Source: a virus
Lineage: Duplodnaviria > Heunggongvirae > Uroviricota > Caudoviricetes
IMG/VR virus record: IMGVR_UViG_649989946_000003
Length of the DNA stretch: 35,240 nucleotides
Reading direction: 5' to 3' (one strand)
Below are positions 1 through 9,332 of the stretch, piece by piece. The position numbers and the translations under genes were made by a program. Within the stretch, counting starts at the first letter, position 1, and every line of letters begins with the position of its first letter. The notes under the pieces were generated by a model. That model was not told the origin of the DNA, did no database searches, and saw only the letters and a list, made by a program, of their open reading frames with translations.

Positions 1-1050
1 TTAATCGGGGAGCATATCATTAGCTTCGGTATGCTGTGTGGGCATTGTAGATAATGGATTGTAGTGTAGCGCTGTATTAAGGTGATCCGGTGCAAGATGA
101 GCGTAACGCATTGTCATTTTTATATCGTGATGTCCGAGGATTTTTTGCAAAGCAAGGATATTTCCACCCGACATCATGAAGTGCGCCGCAAACGTATGGC
201 GCAGAACGTGTGTCAGTTGACCGCGAGGGAGCACGATAGACGTTTTTTCCATCACGGATAAAAATTGAAAATAGCAGTCTGTGAAGAAATTGAACCCATC
301 AAGCGCCATGATCTCTTCGTAAAGCTCTTTACTGATAGGGATGCTTCTGTTTTTCTTCCCCTTCGTTCTTACAAAGGTAATTCGGTATTTGGTCACCTGT
401 GATCGGGTAAGGTTTATTGCTTCTCGCCAGCGTGCGCCTGTGCTTAAGCATATCTTGACTACCAGTGCCAGAATTGGGTCCTGACGTTTGCAATCAGCCA
501 GCAATTCAACAATCTGCTCATGGGTAAGCCATGCCATCTCTTTTTCTGCGATGGTGAATTTTCGCATGTTCTCCAGTGGGTTCGGATACGACCATTCGCC
601 CAGGCGGGATAGTTCGCTAAAAACACTACTTAGATAGCTTTGCTCCAGGTTAATAGTGACCGGGCTTGCTCCTTTCTTCCATTTCTCGCTGAAGTAGATC
701 TCTCCTGTCAGGCGTTTATCTCGATAGTGGGCAAACATTTTAGAGGTGAGATCGGTTGCAAGGGGATTGCCAAGAGCGTCAACCATCAACAGCAATTTGT
801 CATAAACATGCTGCCCAGCAGTCAGAGATTTACCATGTAGTTTGAACCATAGCTCAACCACGTCTTTCAATGTCCGACGATCCACTGATTCGCCCAGCCA
901 GGGCTTTGCTTCTATTTCCCCCATGGTGTATCGCTCGAAGGCCAGTGCTTCGCCTTTGGTGGCGAATTGTTTACGCACACGACGCCCATTACGTCCGGCG
1001 GGGTAACATTCGCAAAGCCATTTCCCTGTGGTGAGTTTTCGTACTGCCAT
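1..1050 (-). CDS. int: P2-family tyrosine integrase; C-terminal end runs off the window start (no stop in window)
   Basis: ORF 1..1206(-). Likely start is the ATG at 1050 (protein begins MAVRKLTTGKW...GRNGRRVRKQFATKGEALAFERY, matching my recollection of the P2 Int N-terminus), preceded by GGAGGG. C-terminal HxxR...Y region (VLRHTFAAH...MRYAHLAPDHL) is typical of tyrosine recombinases. Confidence 0.9.
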   Translation of the reverse strand: MAVRKLTTGKWLCECYPAGRNGRRVRKQFATKGEALAFERYTMGEIEAKPWLGESVDRRTLKDVVELWFKLHGKSLTAGQHVYDKLLLMVDALGNPLATDLTSKMFAHYRDKRLTGEIYFSEKWKKGASPVTINLEQSYLSSVFSELSRLGEWSYPNPLENMRKFTIAEKEMAWLTHEQIVELLADCKRQDPILALVVKICLSTGARWREAINLTRSQVTKYRITFVRTKGKKNRSIPISKELYEEIMALDGFNFFTDCYFQFLSVMEKTSIVLPRGQLTHVLRHTFAAHFMMSGGNILALQKILGHHDIKMTMRYAHLAPDHLNTALHYNPLSTMPTQHTEANDMLPD

Positions 1051-1238
1051 AAAAAATGCCCTCCAGTAGAGAGCATTTTCACTGTATGTATAACCAGTGT
1101 CAATGTATGAAATCCTACGACCATACATCTCACTGAAGCCATAATTAAGTTGGCTATTCTTTTTGCTATGTGAGCATGTAACTTTTGCGGTTAACCTGCG
1201 GCTCATTTTTATTTTAGGCGCAGATATAAAAGCAAAAG

Positions 1239-1430
1239 TTATCGTGAGTTTTTAGTACAGATTTTTTTGGATTTACTAATAGTTCCATCATTGCAAACGA
1301 ATTTGCCATCTGAGGTACAGTGAGAAACACCTCCCTTTTTCCCTGAACAGGGATAATTTCTAGCATAGGTAGTTAGTGGGTTTAATAACAAAGAACATGA
1401 CAAAACCACAAAAAATACCTTACCAAGCAT
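1239..1430 (-). CDS. small secreted cysteine-rich protein (63 aa), moron candidate between int and cI
   Basis: Strong RBS (GGGAGGAAACT) before the ATG at 1430. N-terminal hydrophobic signal-peptide-like segment ([23 protein letters not shown]), then a 40-aa Lys/Cys-rich mature part with 5 Cys. Locally AT-rich. Confidence 0.5.
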   Translation of the reverse strand: MLGKVFFVVLSCSLLLNPLTTYARNYPCSGKKGGVSHCTSDGKFVCNDGTISKSKKICTKNSR

Positions 1431-1445
1431 AGTTTCCTCCCGGTA

Positions 1446-2015
1446 CTATTTAACATACTTGACTGTTAAACTTATAATTTTACCAATTATTTCAATGTCT
1501 TCTATCTTGCATTCGAAGGCTCTGTTTCCACCCTCGACGAAGATTCTTCCACCGGGTAAACGAGTAATGTCACGGATCGTTATTTCGCCATCAATACTTA
1601 TTACCCATTTACCATCACGTATATCATCAAATTCCTTATCACAAATAAATTCAGAATTATTATCTGTGATTACAAAAAGATTCTTGAATGCCGACGGTAG
1701 AAATTCTCTATCGAAAATATAAAAACCGTCTTCACACAAAGCCCCATCAGATAATACATATTTAGCAACTTCCATAGTATTTGTATTACCTGAAGTTTGC
1801 TTTGAACCATGCCCGGTTGTGAGCCAATTAAGCGAAGTGCCTGTTTCAAGGGCGCACTGGATTACCCATTCTGCTGGGAATGAGTCACGCATGTAGCGTG
1901 TGGCGAGTGTACTTTTAGAGATTCCTAAATGATCGCACAACGCCTGTCGAGTCTTGAATCCATAAGCTTCTACCATGCGCTCTATAGCGCCTCGTCCGCC
2001 TTTCTCCAAATTCAT
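1446..2015 (-). CDS. cI: phage 186-type CI immunity repressor
   Basis: About 189 aa, far longer than P2 C (99 aa) and the size of 186 CI. Transcribed divergently from apl/cII. ATG at 2015 with a GGAG-type RBS; ORF-track start at 2021 is an in-frame GTG. Confidence 0.8.
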   Translation of the reverse strand: MNLEKGGRGAIERMVEAYGFKTRQALCDHLGISKSTLATRYMRDSFPAEWVIQCALETGTSLNWLTTGHGSKQTSGNTNTMEVAKYVLSDGALCEDGFYIFDREFLPSAFKNLFVITDNNSEFICDKEFDDIRDGKWVISIDGEITIRDITRLPGGRIFVEGGNRAFECKIEDIEIIGKIISLTVKYVK

Positions 2016-2039
2016 GGTCACTCCAAGTGAACTTTTGTC

Positions 2040-2068
2040 TTGACGATTTCACTGTGCGATCGTATGTT
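2040..2068 (+). promoter_or_regulatory. candidate rightward early lytic promoter (pR-like) in the cI/apl switch region
   Basis: TTGACG (2040-2045), 17-nt spacer, TATGTT (2063-2068), about 70 nt upstream of apl. Inverted GTGAAC / GTTCAC half-sites (about 2026-2031 and 2075-2080) flank it and could be operators. Confidence 0.4.
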
Positions 2069-2140
2069 TATGGTGTTCACAAAATACAAACGATCCGTAT
2101 TCGTCCTGATTAATCATCATTAAACGAGGAATGTTGCATC

Positions 2141-2362
2141 ATGAGACCTAACATTTCAATCACTCTTACCACGCCTCATGTGACTATTGAACGCTATAGC
2201 GAGCTGACAGGGCTGTCCATCGATACTATCAATGACATGTTGGCTGATGGACGCCTTATCCGTCACCGTTTGCGCAAAGATAAAAAACGCGAAAAAGTGA
2301 TGATCAACATAGCAGCCATGACCGTTGATGCGCTTTCAGAATGCAATCTAAACCTTAATTAG
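2141..2362 (+). CDS. apl: Apl/Cox-like excisionase and lysogeny-switch regulator
   Basis: 73-aa basic protein, first gene of the rightward early operon opposite cI, in the position of 186 apl / P2 cox. Confidence 0.6.
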   Translation: MRPNISITLTTPHVTIERYSELTGLSIDTINDMLADGRLIRHRLRKDKKREKVMINIAAMTVDALSECNLNLN

Positions 2363-2394
2363 TTCGATTCTGAAATACATCAGAGGCATTGACT

Positions 2395-2904
2395 ATGTTT
2401 GATTACCAAGTTTCCAAACATCCACATTTTGATGAAGCCTGTCGTGCATTCGCACTGCGCCACAACCTGGTGCAACTGGCAGAACGTGCAGGCATGAATG
2501 TGCAGATTCTGCGGAACAAGCTGAACCCAGCTCAACCTCATTTATTAACCGCACCAGAAATCTGGTTGCTTACCGATCTGACTGAAGATTCAACGCTAGT
2601 AGATGGTTTTCTGGCTCAGATTCACTGCCTGCCATGTGTACCGATTAATGAGGTGGCAAAAGAGAAACTGCCACATTACGTCATGAGTGCAACCGCAGAG
2701 ATCGGGCGTGTTGCTGCAGGTGCGGTATCTGGCGATGTAAAAACCAGTGCAGGCCGTCGTGATGCTATCAGCAGCATTAACTCTGTAACACGACTGATGG
2801 CGTTGGCTGCTGTTTCATTGCAGTCCCGTTTACAGGCTAACCCTGCGATGGCGAGTGCAGTTGATACCGTGACTGGCCTCGGTGCTTCATTTGGTTTGCT
2901 GTGA
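2395..2904 (+). CDS. cII: 186 CII-like lysogeny establishment regulator
   Basis: 169 aa starting [24 protein letters not shown]..., closely matching my recollection of phage 186 CII (MFDFQVSKHPHYDEACRAF...). RBS AGAGG 7 nt upstream of the ATG at 2395. Confidence 0.85.
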   Translation: MFDYQVSKHPHFDEACRAFALRHNLVQLAERAGMNVQILRNKLNPAQPHLLTAPEIWLLTDLTEDSTLVDGFLAQIHCLPCVPINEVAKEKLPHYVMSATAEIGRVAAGAVSGDVKTSAGRRDAISSINSVTRLMALAAVSLQSRLQANPAMASAVDTVTGLGASFGLL

Positions 2905-2911
2905 GGTGCTT

Positions 2912-3208
2912 ATGCTGACGAAAGAACCATCATTTGCATCTCTGCTGGTAAAACAAAGCCCGGCAATGCACTACGGTCACGGCTGGATCACGGGTGAGGA
3001 TGGAAAACGCTGGCATCCATGTCATTCACAAGATGAATTGCTGTCTGAATTGACCACGAGGAAACGGAGAAAGTCCAAATGTATGCGGCAGAAAGTGAAG
3101 TGGTTTATCAGTTTCGTTACAGAGGGGAGAGTTATTCAGTACCTGAAGATGATTTGCTCTGTTGCTATCCGTCATTGTCGGGCGATGGCAGTTACTTTTT
3201 CACGTTAA
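2912..3208 (+). CDS. hypothetical early protein (fil-position ORF); 3' part overlaps the next ORF and may be non-coding
   Basis: ATG at 2912 with GAGG RBS right after the cII stop. The first ~55 aa look protein-like; the C-terminal ~40 aa are Cys/Arg-rich and overlap 3079..3303 in another frame. Confidence 0.35.
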   Translation: MLTKEPSFASLLVKQSPAMHYGHGWITGEDGKRWHPCHSQDELLSELTTRKRRKSKCMRQKVKWFISFVTEGRVIQYLKMICSVAIRHCRAMAVTFSR

Positions 3209-3303
3209 AGGATGGGACGTTTTTACGGGGAGAGCAGGTTAAAGAGACGATACGAAAAAATGTATCTCCTCTTGAGCGTTACCGTAAGAACAAAGAACGA
3301 TAG
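3079..3303 (+). CDS. hypothetical early protein (74 aa)
   Basis: ATG at 3079 preceded by ACGGAGAAAG; translation is balanced and protein-like. Confidence 0.5.
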   Translation: MYAAESEVVYQFRYRGESYSVPEDDLLCCYPSLSGDGSYFFTLKDGTFLRGEQVKETIRKNVSPLERYRKNKER

Positions 3304-3325
3304 CTGCGTTTGGGGGATATGAAGT

Positions 3326-3667
3326 ATGGCAATTAATGGCGCTGCAGCAACTGTTCCATTAAGCCCCGGTGAACGCCTGAATGGACTTAATCATATCGCG
3401 GAGTTAAGGGCGAAAGTTTTTGGCCTTAATATTGAGTCAGAGCTTGAGCGGTTTATTAAAGATATGCGTGATCCTCGGGATATCAATAATGAACAAAATA
3501 AACGGGCACTGGCTGCCATATTCTTTATGGCAAAAATTCCAGCTGAACGTCATAGCATCAGCATTAATGAGCTGACCACTGACGAAAAGCGGGAGTTGAT
3601 TAAAGCAATGAATCATTTTCGTGCAGTGGTGAGCTTATTTCCCAGACGGCTAACCATGCCGAATTAA
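3326..3667 (+). CDS. hypothetical early protein (113 aa)
   Basis: ORF in the early rightward operon with RBS-like GGGGGAT upstream. Confidence 0.6.
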   Translation: MAINGAAATVPLSPGERLNGLNHIAELRAKVFGLNIESELERFIKDMRDPRDINNEQNKRALAAIFFMAKIPAERHSISINELTTDEKRELIKAMNHFRAVVSLFPRRLTMPN

Positions 3668-3734
3668 CCAAATAATGAAATTAATGGCGTAAACCCGCCG
3701 GGCATCCCTTTATCTAAATTCAGGAGAATTGATT

Positions 3735-3968
3735 ATGCGTAATATTGAAACCCGCACCACTCAAACCGGACCGGATGACGCAGGGCTTAATATTTTACTG
3801 ACAGAGGCTCGTCTGGAAGAACGCCGGGCAAGGGCTGAAGCAATGGCCGCTCGCCTTGATAGCCTGGCGTGTCATATCTCATCCCGCCAGCTAAACCACG
3901 TCGAAGCGGCAGAACTGCTGCGTGTGACTGCTGAAGCAATCCAGAACGAAGCGCAGGAGATCCACTAA
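3735..3968 (+). CDS. hypothetical early protein (77 aa)
   Basis: ATG at 3735 with AGGAGA 7 nt upstream (ORF-track start at 3729 is a TTG). Stop overlaps the next start. Confidence 0.6.
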   Translation: MRNIETRTTQTGPDDAGLNILLTEARLEERRARAEAMAARLDSLACHISSRQLNHVEAAELLRVTAEAIQNEAQEIH

Positions 3969-4195
3969 TGGCTGATGCAATGGATCTCGTACAGCAGCGC
4001 GTTGAAGAAGAACGCCAGCGCCATATCCGTGCTGCCCGTGCCAAAACGCCGGGCGTGTCCCGCGTGCTTTGTATTGAGTGTGAAGCACCAATTCCGCCAG
4101 CACGACGCCGCGCCATTCCGGGAGTGCAGCTTTGCATTACCTGTCAGGAAATCGCAGAGCTGAAAGGCAAACATTACAACGGAGGTGCTGTATGA
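3968..4195 (+). CDS. TraR/DksA-family C4 zinc-finger protein
   Basis: 75 aa with CxxC...CxxC (CIECEAPIP ... CITCQEIAE), the arrangement of phage/plasmid TraR-like proteins. Translationally coupled to neighbours (ATGA overlap at 4192). Confidence 0.7.
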   Translation: MADAMDLVQQRVEEERQRHIRAARAKTPGVSRVLCIECEAPIPPARRRAIPGVQLCITCQEIAELKGKHYNGGAV

Positions 4196-5049
4196 GCACC
4201 ATCCTGAAATGGGCGGGAAATAAAACCACCATAATGTCCGAACTGAAAAAACATCTTCCTGCTGGCCCGCGACTGGTTGAACCTTTCGCGGGTTCCTGTG
4301 CTGTGATGATGGAGACGGATTATCCCAGCTATCTGGTTGCGGATATTAATCCTGATTTAATCAACCTCTATAAAAAGGTTGCCGCTGATTGTGAATCGTT
4401 TATATCTCGCGCCAGAGTTTTATTTGAGATCGCAAACAGGGAGGTGGCTTATTACAACATAAGGCAGGAGTTTAATTACTCAACTGAAATTACTGATTTC
4501 ATGAAAGCGGTATATTTCCTGTATCTCAATCGTCACGGTTACCGTGGTTTATGTCGCTATAACAAGAGCGGGCATTTCAACATTCCCTACGGTAATTATA
4601 AAAATCCGTATTTCCCTGAAAAAGAAATTCGCGCATTTGCAGAAAAGGCCCAGCGAGCAACGTTTATCTGCGCCAGCTTTGATGAAACGCTGGCGATGTT
4701 GAAGGCGGGGGATGTGGTGTATTGCGATCCGCCGTATGACGGTACGTTTTCCGGCTATCACACTGACGGCTTCACTGAAGATGACCAGTATCACCTGGCA
4801 TCTGTTCTTGAACATCGGTCATCAGAAGGACATCCGGTCATTGTTTCTAACAGTGACACATCCCTGATCCGTTCGCTGTATCGCAATTTTACTCACCACT
4901 ACATCAAGGCAAAACGCAGCATCGGTGTGGCAGCTGGCGAGGGTAAATCAGCAACAGAAATCATTGCTGTTTCCGGGCCGCGCTGCTGGGTGGGATTTGA
5001 TTATTCGCGTGGCGTGGATAGTTCTGCCGTGTACGGAGTACGTGCATGA
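4192..5049 (+). CDS. dam: phage-encoded DNA adenine methyltransferase (Dam-like, N6-adenine)
   Basis: DPPY catalytic motif ([10 protein letters not shown]) and an N-terminal SAM-binding-like segment (EPFAGSCAV). Start taken as the ATG at 4192 ([11 protein letters not shown]); ORF-track start at 4132 is a 5' extension. Confidence 0.9.
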   Translation: MSTILKWAGNKTTIMSELKKHLPAGPRLVEPFAGSCAVMMETDYPSYLVADINPDLINLYKKVAADCESFISRARVLFEIANREVAYYNIRQEFNYSTEITDFMKAVYFLYLNRHGYRGLCRYNKSGHFNIPYGNYKNPYFPEKEIRAFAEKAQRATFICASFDETLAMLKAGDVVYCDPPYDGTFSGYHTDGFTEDDQYHLASVLEHRSSEGHPVIVSNSDTSLIRSLYRNFTHHYIKAKRSIGVAAGEGKSATEIIAVSGPRCWVGFDYSRGVDSSAVYGVRA

Positions 5050-7460
5050 GTCATGCCGATATGAACAACTGCTGCGGCTTCAACGAAGCTGCCGCATCGT
5101 TCTCATGGAACAGCCCGAAAAAGGCCATTAACCCTTATCTGGACCCGGTGGAAGTTGCGCCGGTTTCTACGCTTTCAAACCTGATCACTCTGTACGCTGC
5201 CGATAACGAGCAGGAACAGCTGCGCCGTGAGGCGCTGAGTGATCAGGTCTGGGAGCGTTATTTCTTTAATGAATCCCGTGATCCTGTCCAGCGCGAAATG
5301 GAACAGGATAAGCTCATTAGTCGGGCAAAGCTGGCGCATGAGCAGCAGCGTTTTAATCCGGATATGGTCATTCTGGCGGACGTCAACGCCCAGCCTTCCC
5401 ATATCAGCAAGCCGCTAATGCAACGTATTGAATACTTCAGCAGCCTGGGCAGGCCAAAGGCTTATTCCCGCTATTTACGTGAGACGATTAAGCCATGTCT
5501 GGAACGACTGGAGCATGTACGCGACAGTCAGCTATCTGCATCTTTTCGCTTTATGGCAAGCCATGAAGGGCTGGACGGCCTGCTGATCCTGCCTGAAATG
5601 AGTCAGGATCAGGTGAAACGCCTGTCCACCCTGGTAGCTGCGCATATGAGTATGTGCCTTGATGCCGCTTGTGGCGATTTGTATGCCACCGATGACGTTA
5701 AGCCAGAAGAAATCCGCAATACATGGGAAAGGGTGGCAGCGGAAACCCTGCGTCTGGATGTCATCCCGCCTGCGTTTGAGCAACTCCGTCGGAAAAGAAA
5801 CCGCCGTAAACCCGTGCCCTATGAACTCATTCCGGGTTCGCTGGCGCGTATGTTGTGCGCCGACTGGTGGTATCGGAAATTATGGAAGATGCGTTGCGAA
5901 TGGCGGGAAGAGCAGTTGCGTGCTGTCAGCCTGGTCAGCAAAAAAGCATCTCCCTATGTCAGCTATGAAGCCGTGATGCATAAACGTGAGCAGCGCCGTA
6001 AGTCGCTGGAGTTTTTCCGTTCTCATGAACTGGTGAACGAAGACGGCGACACGCTGAACATGGAGGATGTGGTAAACGCCAGCAGCAGCAACCCGGCGCA
6101 TCGCCGCAATGAGATGATGGCCTGTGTTAAAGGCCTGGAGCTTATCGCGGAAATGCGTGGTGACTGCGCCGTTTTCTACACCATCACCTGTCCGTCACGT
6201 TTCCATTCCACGCTAAATAACGGCAGGCCAAACCCGACCTGGACCAACGCGACAGTAAGACAAAGCAGCGATTATCTGGTCGGCATGTTTGCTGCATTTC
6301 GTAAGGCTATGCACAAAGCCGGGTTGCGCTGGTATGGCGTGCGGGTGGCTGAGCCGCATCATGACGGCACAGTTCACTGGCACCTGTTGTGTTTCATGCG
6401 CAAAAAAGAGCGCCGCGCCATTACTGCATTGTTGCGTAAGTTTGCCATCCGTGAAGACCGCGAGGAGCTGGGCAATAACACGGGGCCACGCTTTAAGTCT
6501 GAGCTGATAAACCCGCGCAAAGGAACGCCGACAAGCTACATTGCGAAATATATCAGTAAGAATATTGACGGGCGTGGTCTGGCTGGCGAGATCAGTAAGG
6601 AAACGGGTAAATCCCTGCGTGATAACGCTGAATACGTTAATGCCTGGGCGTCTCTGCATCGTGTTCAGCAATTCCGCTTCTTTGGCATTCCGGGGCGTCA
6701 GGCTTACCGTGAACTGCGATTGCTGGCTGGTCAGGCGGCAAGGCAACAGGGTGACAAAAAAGCAGGTGCGCCGGTACTGGATAACCCGCGCCTTGATGCC
6801 ATCCTGGCTGCTGCTGATGCTGGTTGTTTTGCCACCTACATCATGAAGCAGGGCGGCGTACTGGTTCCCCGCAAATATCACCTCATCAGAACCGCTTATG
6901 AAATCAACGAAGAGCCAACCGCCTATGGCGATCACGGTATTCGTATTTATGGCATCTGGTCACCCATTGCAGAGGGCAAGATCTGCACTCATGCAGTGAA
7001 GTGGAAAATGGTTCGTAAGGCCGTTGACGTTCAGGAGGCGGCAGCCGACCAGGGCACTTGCGCCCCTTGGACTCGTGGCAATAACTGTCCCCTTGCTGAA
7101 AATTTGAACCAACAGGAGAAAGATAAATCAGCTGATGGGGACACCAGAACGGACATTACCCGCATGGATGACAAGGAGTTGCACGATTACCTGCACAGTA
7201 TGAGCAAAAAAGAGCGCCGGGAACTGGCAGCAAGGTTACGCCTGGTTAAACCGAAACGGCGTAAAGACTACAAACAGCGAATTACAGACCATCAGCGACT
7301 GCAGCTCGTCTATGAGCTGAAGTCCAGAGGATTTGATGGCAGCGAGAAAGAGGTCGATTTACTCCTTCGCGGCGGCAGTATTCCGTCAGGAGCAGGCTTG
7401 CGTATCTTCTATCGGAACCAGCGTTTGTGGGAAGATGATAAGTGGCGGAACCTGTATTAA
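5046..7460 (+). CDS. A: replication initiation endonuclease (P2 gpA / 186 A, rolling-circle initiator)
   Basis: 804 aa with an HUH-like motif ([10 protein letters not shown]) and a Tyr-containing motif (YIAKYISK). Start overlaps the dam stop (ATGA), RBS GGAG. Confidence 0.9.
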   Translation: MSHADMNNCCGFNEAAASFSWNSPKKAINPYLDPVEVAPVSTLSNLITLYAADNEQEQLRREALSDQVWERYFFNESRDPVQREMEQDKLISRAKLAHEQQRFNPDMVILADVNAQPSHISKPLMQRIEYFSSLGRPKAYSRYLRETIKPCLERLEHVRDSQLSASFRFMASHEGLDGLLILPEMSQDQVKRLSTLVAAHMSMCLDAACGDLYATDDVKPEEIRNTWERVAAETLRLDVIPPAFEQLRRKRNRRKPVPYELIPGSLARMLCADWWYRKLWKMRCEWREEQLRAVSLVSKKASPYVSYEAVMHKREQRRKSLEFFRSHELVNEDGDTLNMEDVVNASSSNPAHRRNEMMACVKGLELIAEMRGDCAVFYTITCPSRFHSTLNNGRPNPTWTNATVRQSSDYLVGMFAAFRKAMHKAGLRWYGVRVAEPHHDGTVHWHLLCFMRKKERRAITALLRKFAIREDREELGNNTGPRFKSELINPRKGTPTSYIAKYISKNIDGRGLAGEISKETGKSLRDNAEYVNAWASLHRVQQFRFFGIPGRQAYRELRLLAGQAARQQGDKKAGAPVLDNPRLDAILAAADAGCFATYIMKQGGVLVPRKYHLIRTAYEINEEPTAYGDHGIRIYGIWSPIAEGKICTHAVKWKMVRKAVDVQEAAADQGTCAPWTRGNNCPLAENLNQQEKDKSADGDTRTDITRMDDKELHDYLHSMSKKERRELAARLRLVKPKRRKDYKQRITDHQRLQLVYELKSRGFDGSEKEVDLLLRGGSIPSGAGLRIFYRNQRLWEDDKWRNLY

Positions 7461-7508
7461 TTACGCGGATTAACAATTCGTGCTCTTAATAATACCAGGC
7501 ATATCAGG

Positions 7509-7538
7509 CTGATGAACGTAAAAAACGTTTTACATCAG
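7509..7538 (+). terminator. imperfect hairpin downstream of gene A (possible terminator)
   Basis: CTGATGAACGT ... ACGTTTTACATCAG inverted repeat followed by an AT-rich tract. Confidence 0.3.
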
Positions 7539-7551
7539 TAATATTATTATA

Positions 7552-7571
7552 TACTGTAAATATAAACAGTG
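7552..7571. promoter_or_regulatory. LexA (SOS) box
   Basis: tACTGTaaatataaACAGtg: CTGT (7554-7557), 8-nt AT-rich spacer, ACAG (7566-7569), a perfect match to the CTGT-N8-ACAG consensus. It sits about 40 nt upstream of the 7613 ORF and overlaps a -10-like TATACT. Confidence 0.65.
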
Positions 7572-7612
7572 GTTATGCATACAGTATTGCTTGTGGTGTC
7601 ATAGGAGGAAAA

Positions 7613-7801
7613 ATGCAGGACTATTTTTTGGAGTCTTTGAAGCTCCAGCGCATTGATTTTTTTCTTAAGCTTGTAGCGGCTAGTGAGTGTAGTGATGAAG
7701 AGAAGGGGCTGGCTCTGCAGTGGGTTTCAGAGCTGACTGATGAGTTGATGGCGAAAATTCGTGCCCATGAATATAACCGTGTAATGGATCTTCTCGGTTA
7801 G
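7613..7801 (+). CDS. small SOS-controlled protein (62 aa) in the position of the 186 tum antirepressor locus
   Basis: Strong RBS AGGAGG 4-5 nt before the ATG. Immediately downstream of the LexA box and of gene A, where 186 carries the LexA-repressed p95/tum unit. Sequence similarity to Tum could not be verified. Confidence 0.5.
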   Translation: MQDYFLESLKLQRIDFFLKLVAASECSDEEKGLALQWVSELTDELMAKIRAHEYNRVMDLLG

Positions 7802-7971
7802 CAGCAGGGGCGTTGCTGGCGTGAGAACTAGATTCTCGCGTCAGCAAGGTCAACTAAGGATTGAAACAGAAAGCCCTTGAAAACAGTAGCAAGTTGCCTA
7901 TTATCTACGCTGTATTTAATCGATGTCATTGGCTGTAATACCTTAAGTGATATTGAAAGGCGGTGTGGGGA

Positions 7972-9132
7972 ATGGATCTGGCTAAAGTTGAAGAACGCGT
8001 CCGAAGAGTCATAGGGACAATGGAGTCTGCCGAGCTTGATGAATATTTTTGGGGTAAGCGCTCGGGTTTGGGAGACTCATTACCTCCGTATTATCTCGTT
8101 TATTTTCTTTTGGTAGATTTACTGAAATTTAAAAATCGTGGGGTTGATGAGAAGATTTCTTTTTCTATCCCAGTCCGGATTGATGGGACTGTCGTAATTA
8201 TAGAACATCGTAAACTTGGTTTAGATATATTTATCAAGAGTGATGATGATATAGAGCAAGCTAAAACTGTTTTGAGACATATTTGCGCAGGGGTTAAAGC
8301 TGCTACGAATTTTTTTGACTCGCTTGCAGACAATGCAGCAAAGACTTCAAATCTAAATGTTAATAACAATGCTAATTCTCTTTATGATAGGTTTTGCTAT
8401 TTTTTAGAGCTATATAAACAGAAGCTTGATGAAGTTGCTGCTGGCCAAGAGTCTAAACTGGAAGTTGATAGTGAGTTTAAGTCTGATAATTTTTTCAGCC
8501 TGTTACAATCCACTTTTGAACAATCAAATAAGATAATTGAACTCCGAAGAGAGGCTATGTGGTTAGCAACGTCTGCAATTGAGTCATTTTTCAATTGGAC
8601 CGAGCATGTTTTCATTCTTATTGCAATCTTGAAGGGTGAGATAAAAAATGGGAATGATGTGGCTGATAAAGTTGGAAAAGAATGGGGGGAGAAATTCAAA
8701 TTAGCCATTGATATTAACTCTTCCAGTCTAAAATTGTTCTATGATCGTTTACTTATACTCAGAAAACAGGTGCGTAATTTTGTAGCCCATGGCGCCTTCG
8801 GTAAGGATGGGCAAGCATTGGAATTTCACTCAAGTGTAGGGGCTGTGCCACTATTGCTGCCTCATCGAGAAAATAAAGAACGTTTCAAGTTTGGAAATGG
8901 TGTGCATTTTTTGGCACCTGAAGCAATGCAATTAATTAACGATTTTCTTGAAAATTTGTGGCAGGGAAAACTGTCCCCAGCAAAAATTTATATTGAATCT
9001 GGATGTCCTTTAATACTATCTTACGTAACTAATGGAACCTATGCGGAGGCGATGAAATCAGAAAGGAATATGGACTTATTTGTTAATTACTTAACTCGTG
9101 AGATGGATAATGCCGCAAACATGGATTGGTAA
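7972..9132 (+). CDS. AT-rich cargo protein (386 aa) with an HEPN-like Rx4H motif; candidate abortive-infection/defence effector
   Basis: Long ORF of visibly lower GC than the phage core. ATG at 7972 (in-frame GTG at 7963). Motif R-N-F-V-A-H at 8773-8790 (LRKQVRNFVAHG) resembles the HEPN catalytic motif; no Walker A, so not Old-like. Confidence 0.6.
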   Translation: MDLAKVEERVRRVIGTMESAELDEYFWGKRSGLGDSLPPYYLVYFLLVDLLKFKNRGVDEKISFSIPVRIDGTVVIIEHRKLGLDIFIKSDDDIEQAKTVLRHICAGVKAATNFFDSLADNAAKTSNLNVNNNANSLYDRFCYFLELYKQKLDEVAAGQESKLEVDSEFKSDNFFSLLQSTFEQSNKIIELRREAMWLATSAIESFFNWTEHVFILIAILKGEIKNGNDVADKVGKEWGEKFKLAIDINSSSLKLFYDRLLILRKQVRNFVAHGAFGKDGQALEFHSSVGAVPLLLPHRENKERFKFGNGVHFLAPEAMQLINDFLENLWQGKLSPAKIYIESGCPLILSYVTNGTYAEAMKSERNMDLFVNYLTREMDNAANMDW

Positions 9133-9332
9133 ACTCTAGGTGTGGGTTACAAACACACAAAAAATCTTCCTGAGTTAGGTGTTATCCCAACCCAAGGCTG
9201 TGTCAGGAAAACTTCATATGGCGCATGAGATCGCATGATAGTATGACGATCGTTTTCGCTGATGCCAGCCAGAACTGGCGTGCTTTTGCTTATGTCATGC
9301 AGGTGCATGAAAACCACTATATAAAGTGGGCA

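Noticed and set aside
1051-1206. 5' extension of the integrase ORF to 1206
   Set aside because: The ATG at 1050 has a strong RBS and gives a protein starting MAVRKLTTGKW, matching the P2 Int N-terminus as I recall it; the upstream extension has no RBS.
4132-4191. Upstream extension of the dam ORF
   Set aside because: The extension overlaps the TraR-like gene in another frame; the ATG at 4192 overlaps the upstream stop (ATGA) and begins a typical Dam N-terminus.
6213-6935. 240-aa minus-strand ORF inside replication gene A
   Set aside because: Antisense to the conserved replication endonuclease; no RBS.
7972-9132. Possibility that the large cargo protein is P2 Old or Tin
   Set aside because: Old is an ATPase with Walker motifs and about 590 aa; no P-loop is visible in this 386-aa protein, and it does not fit the size of Tin (about 250 aa).
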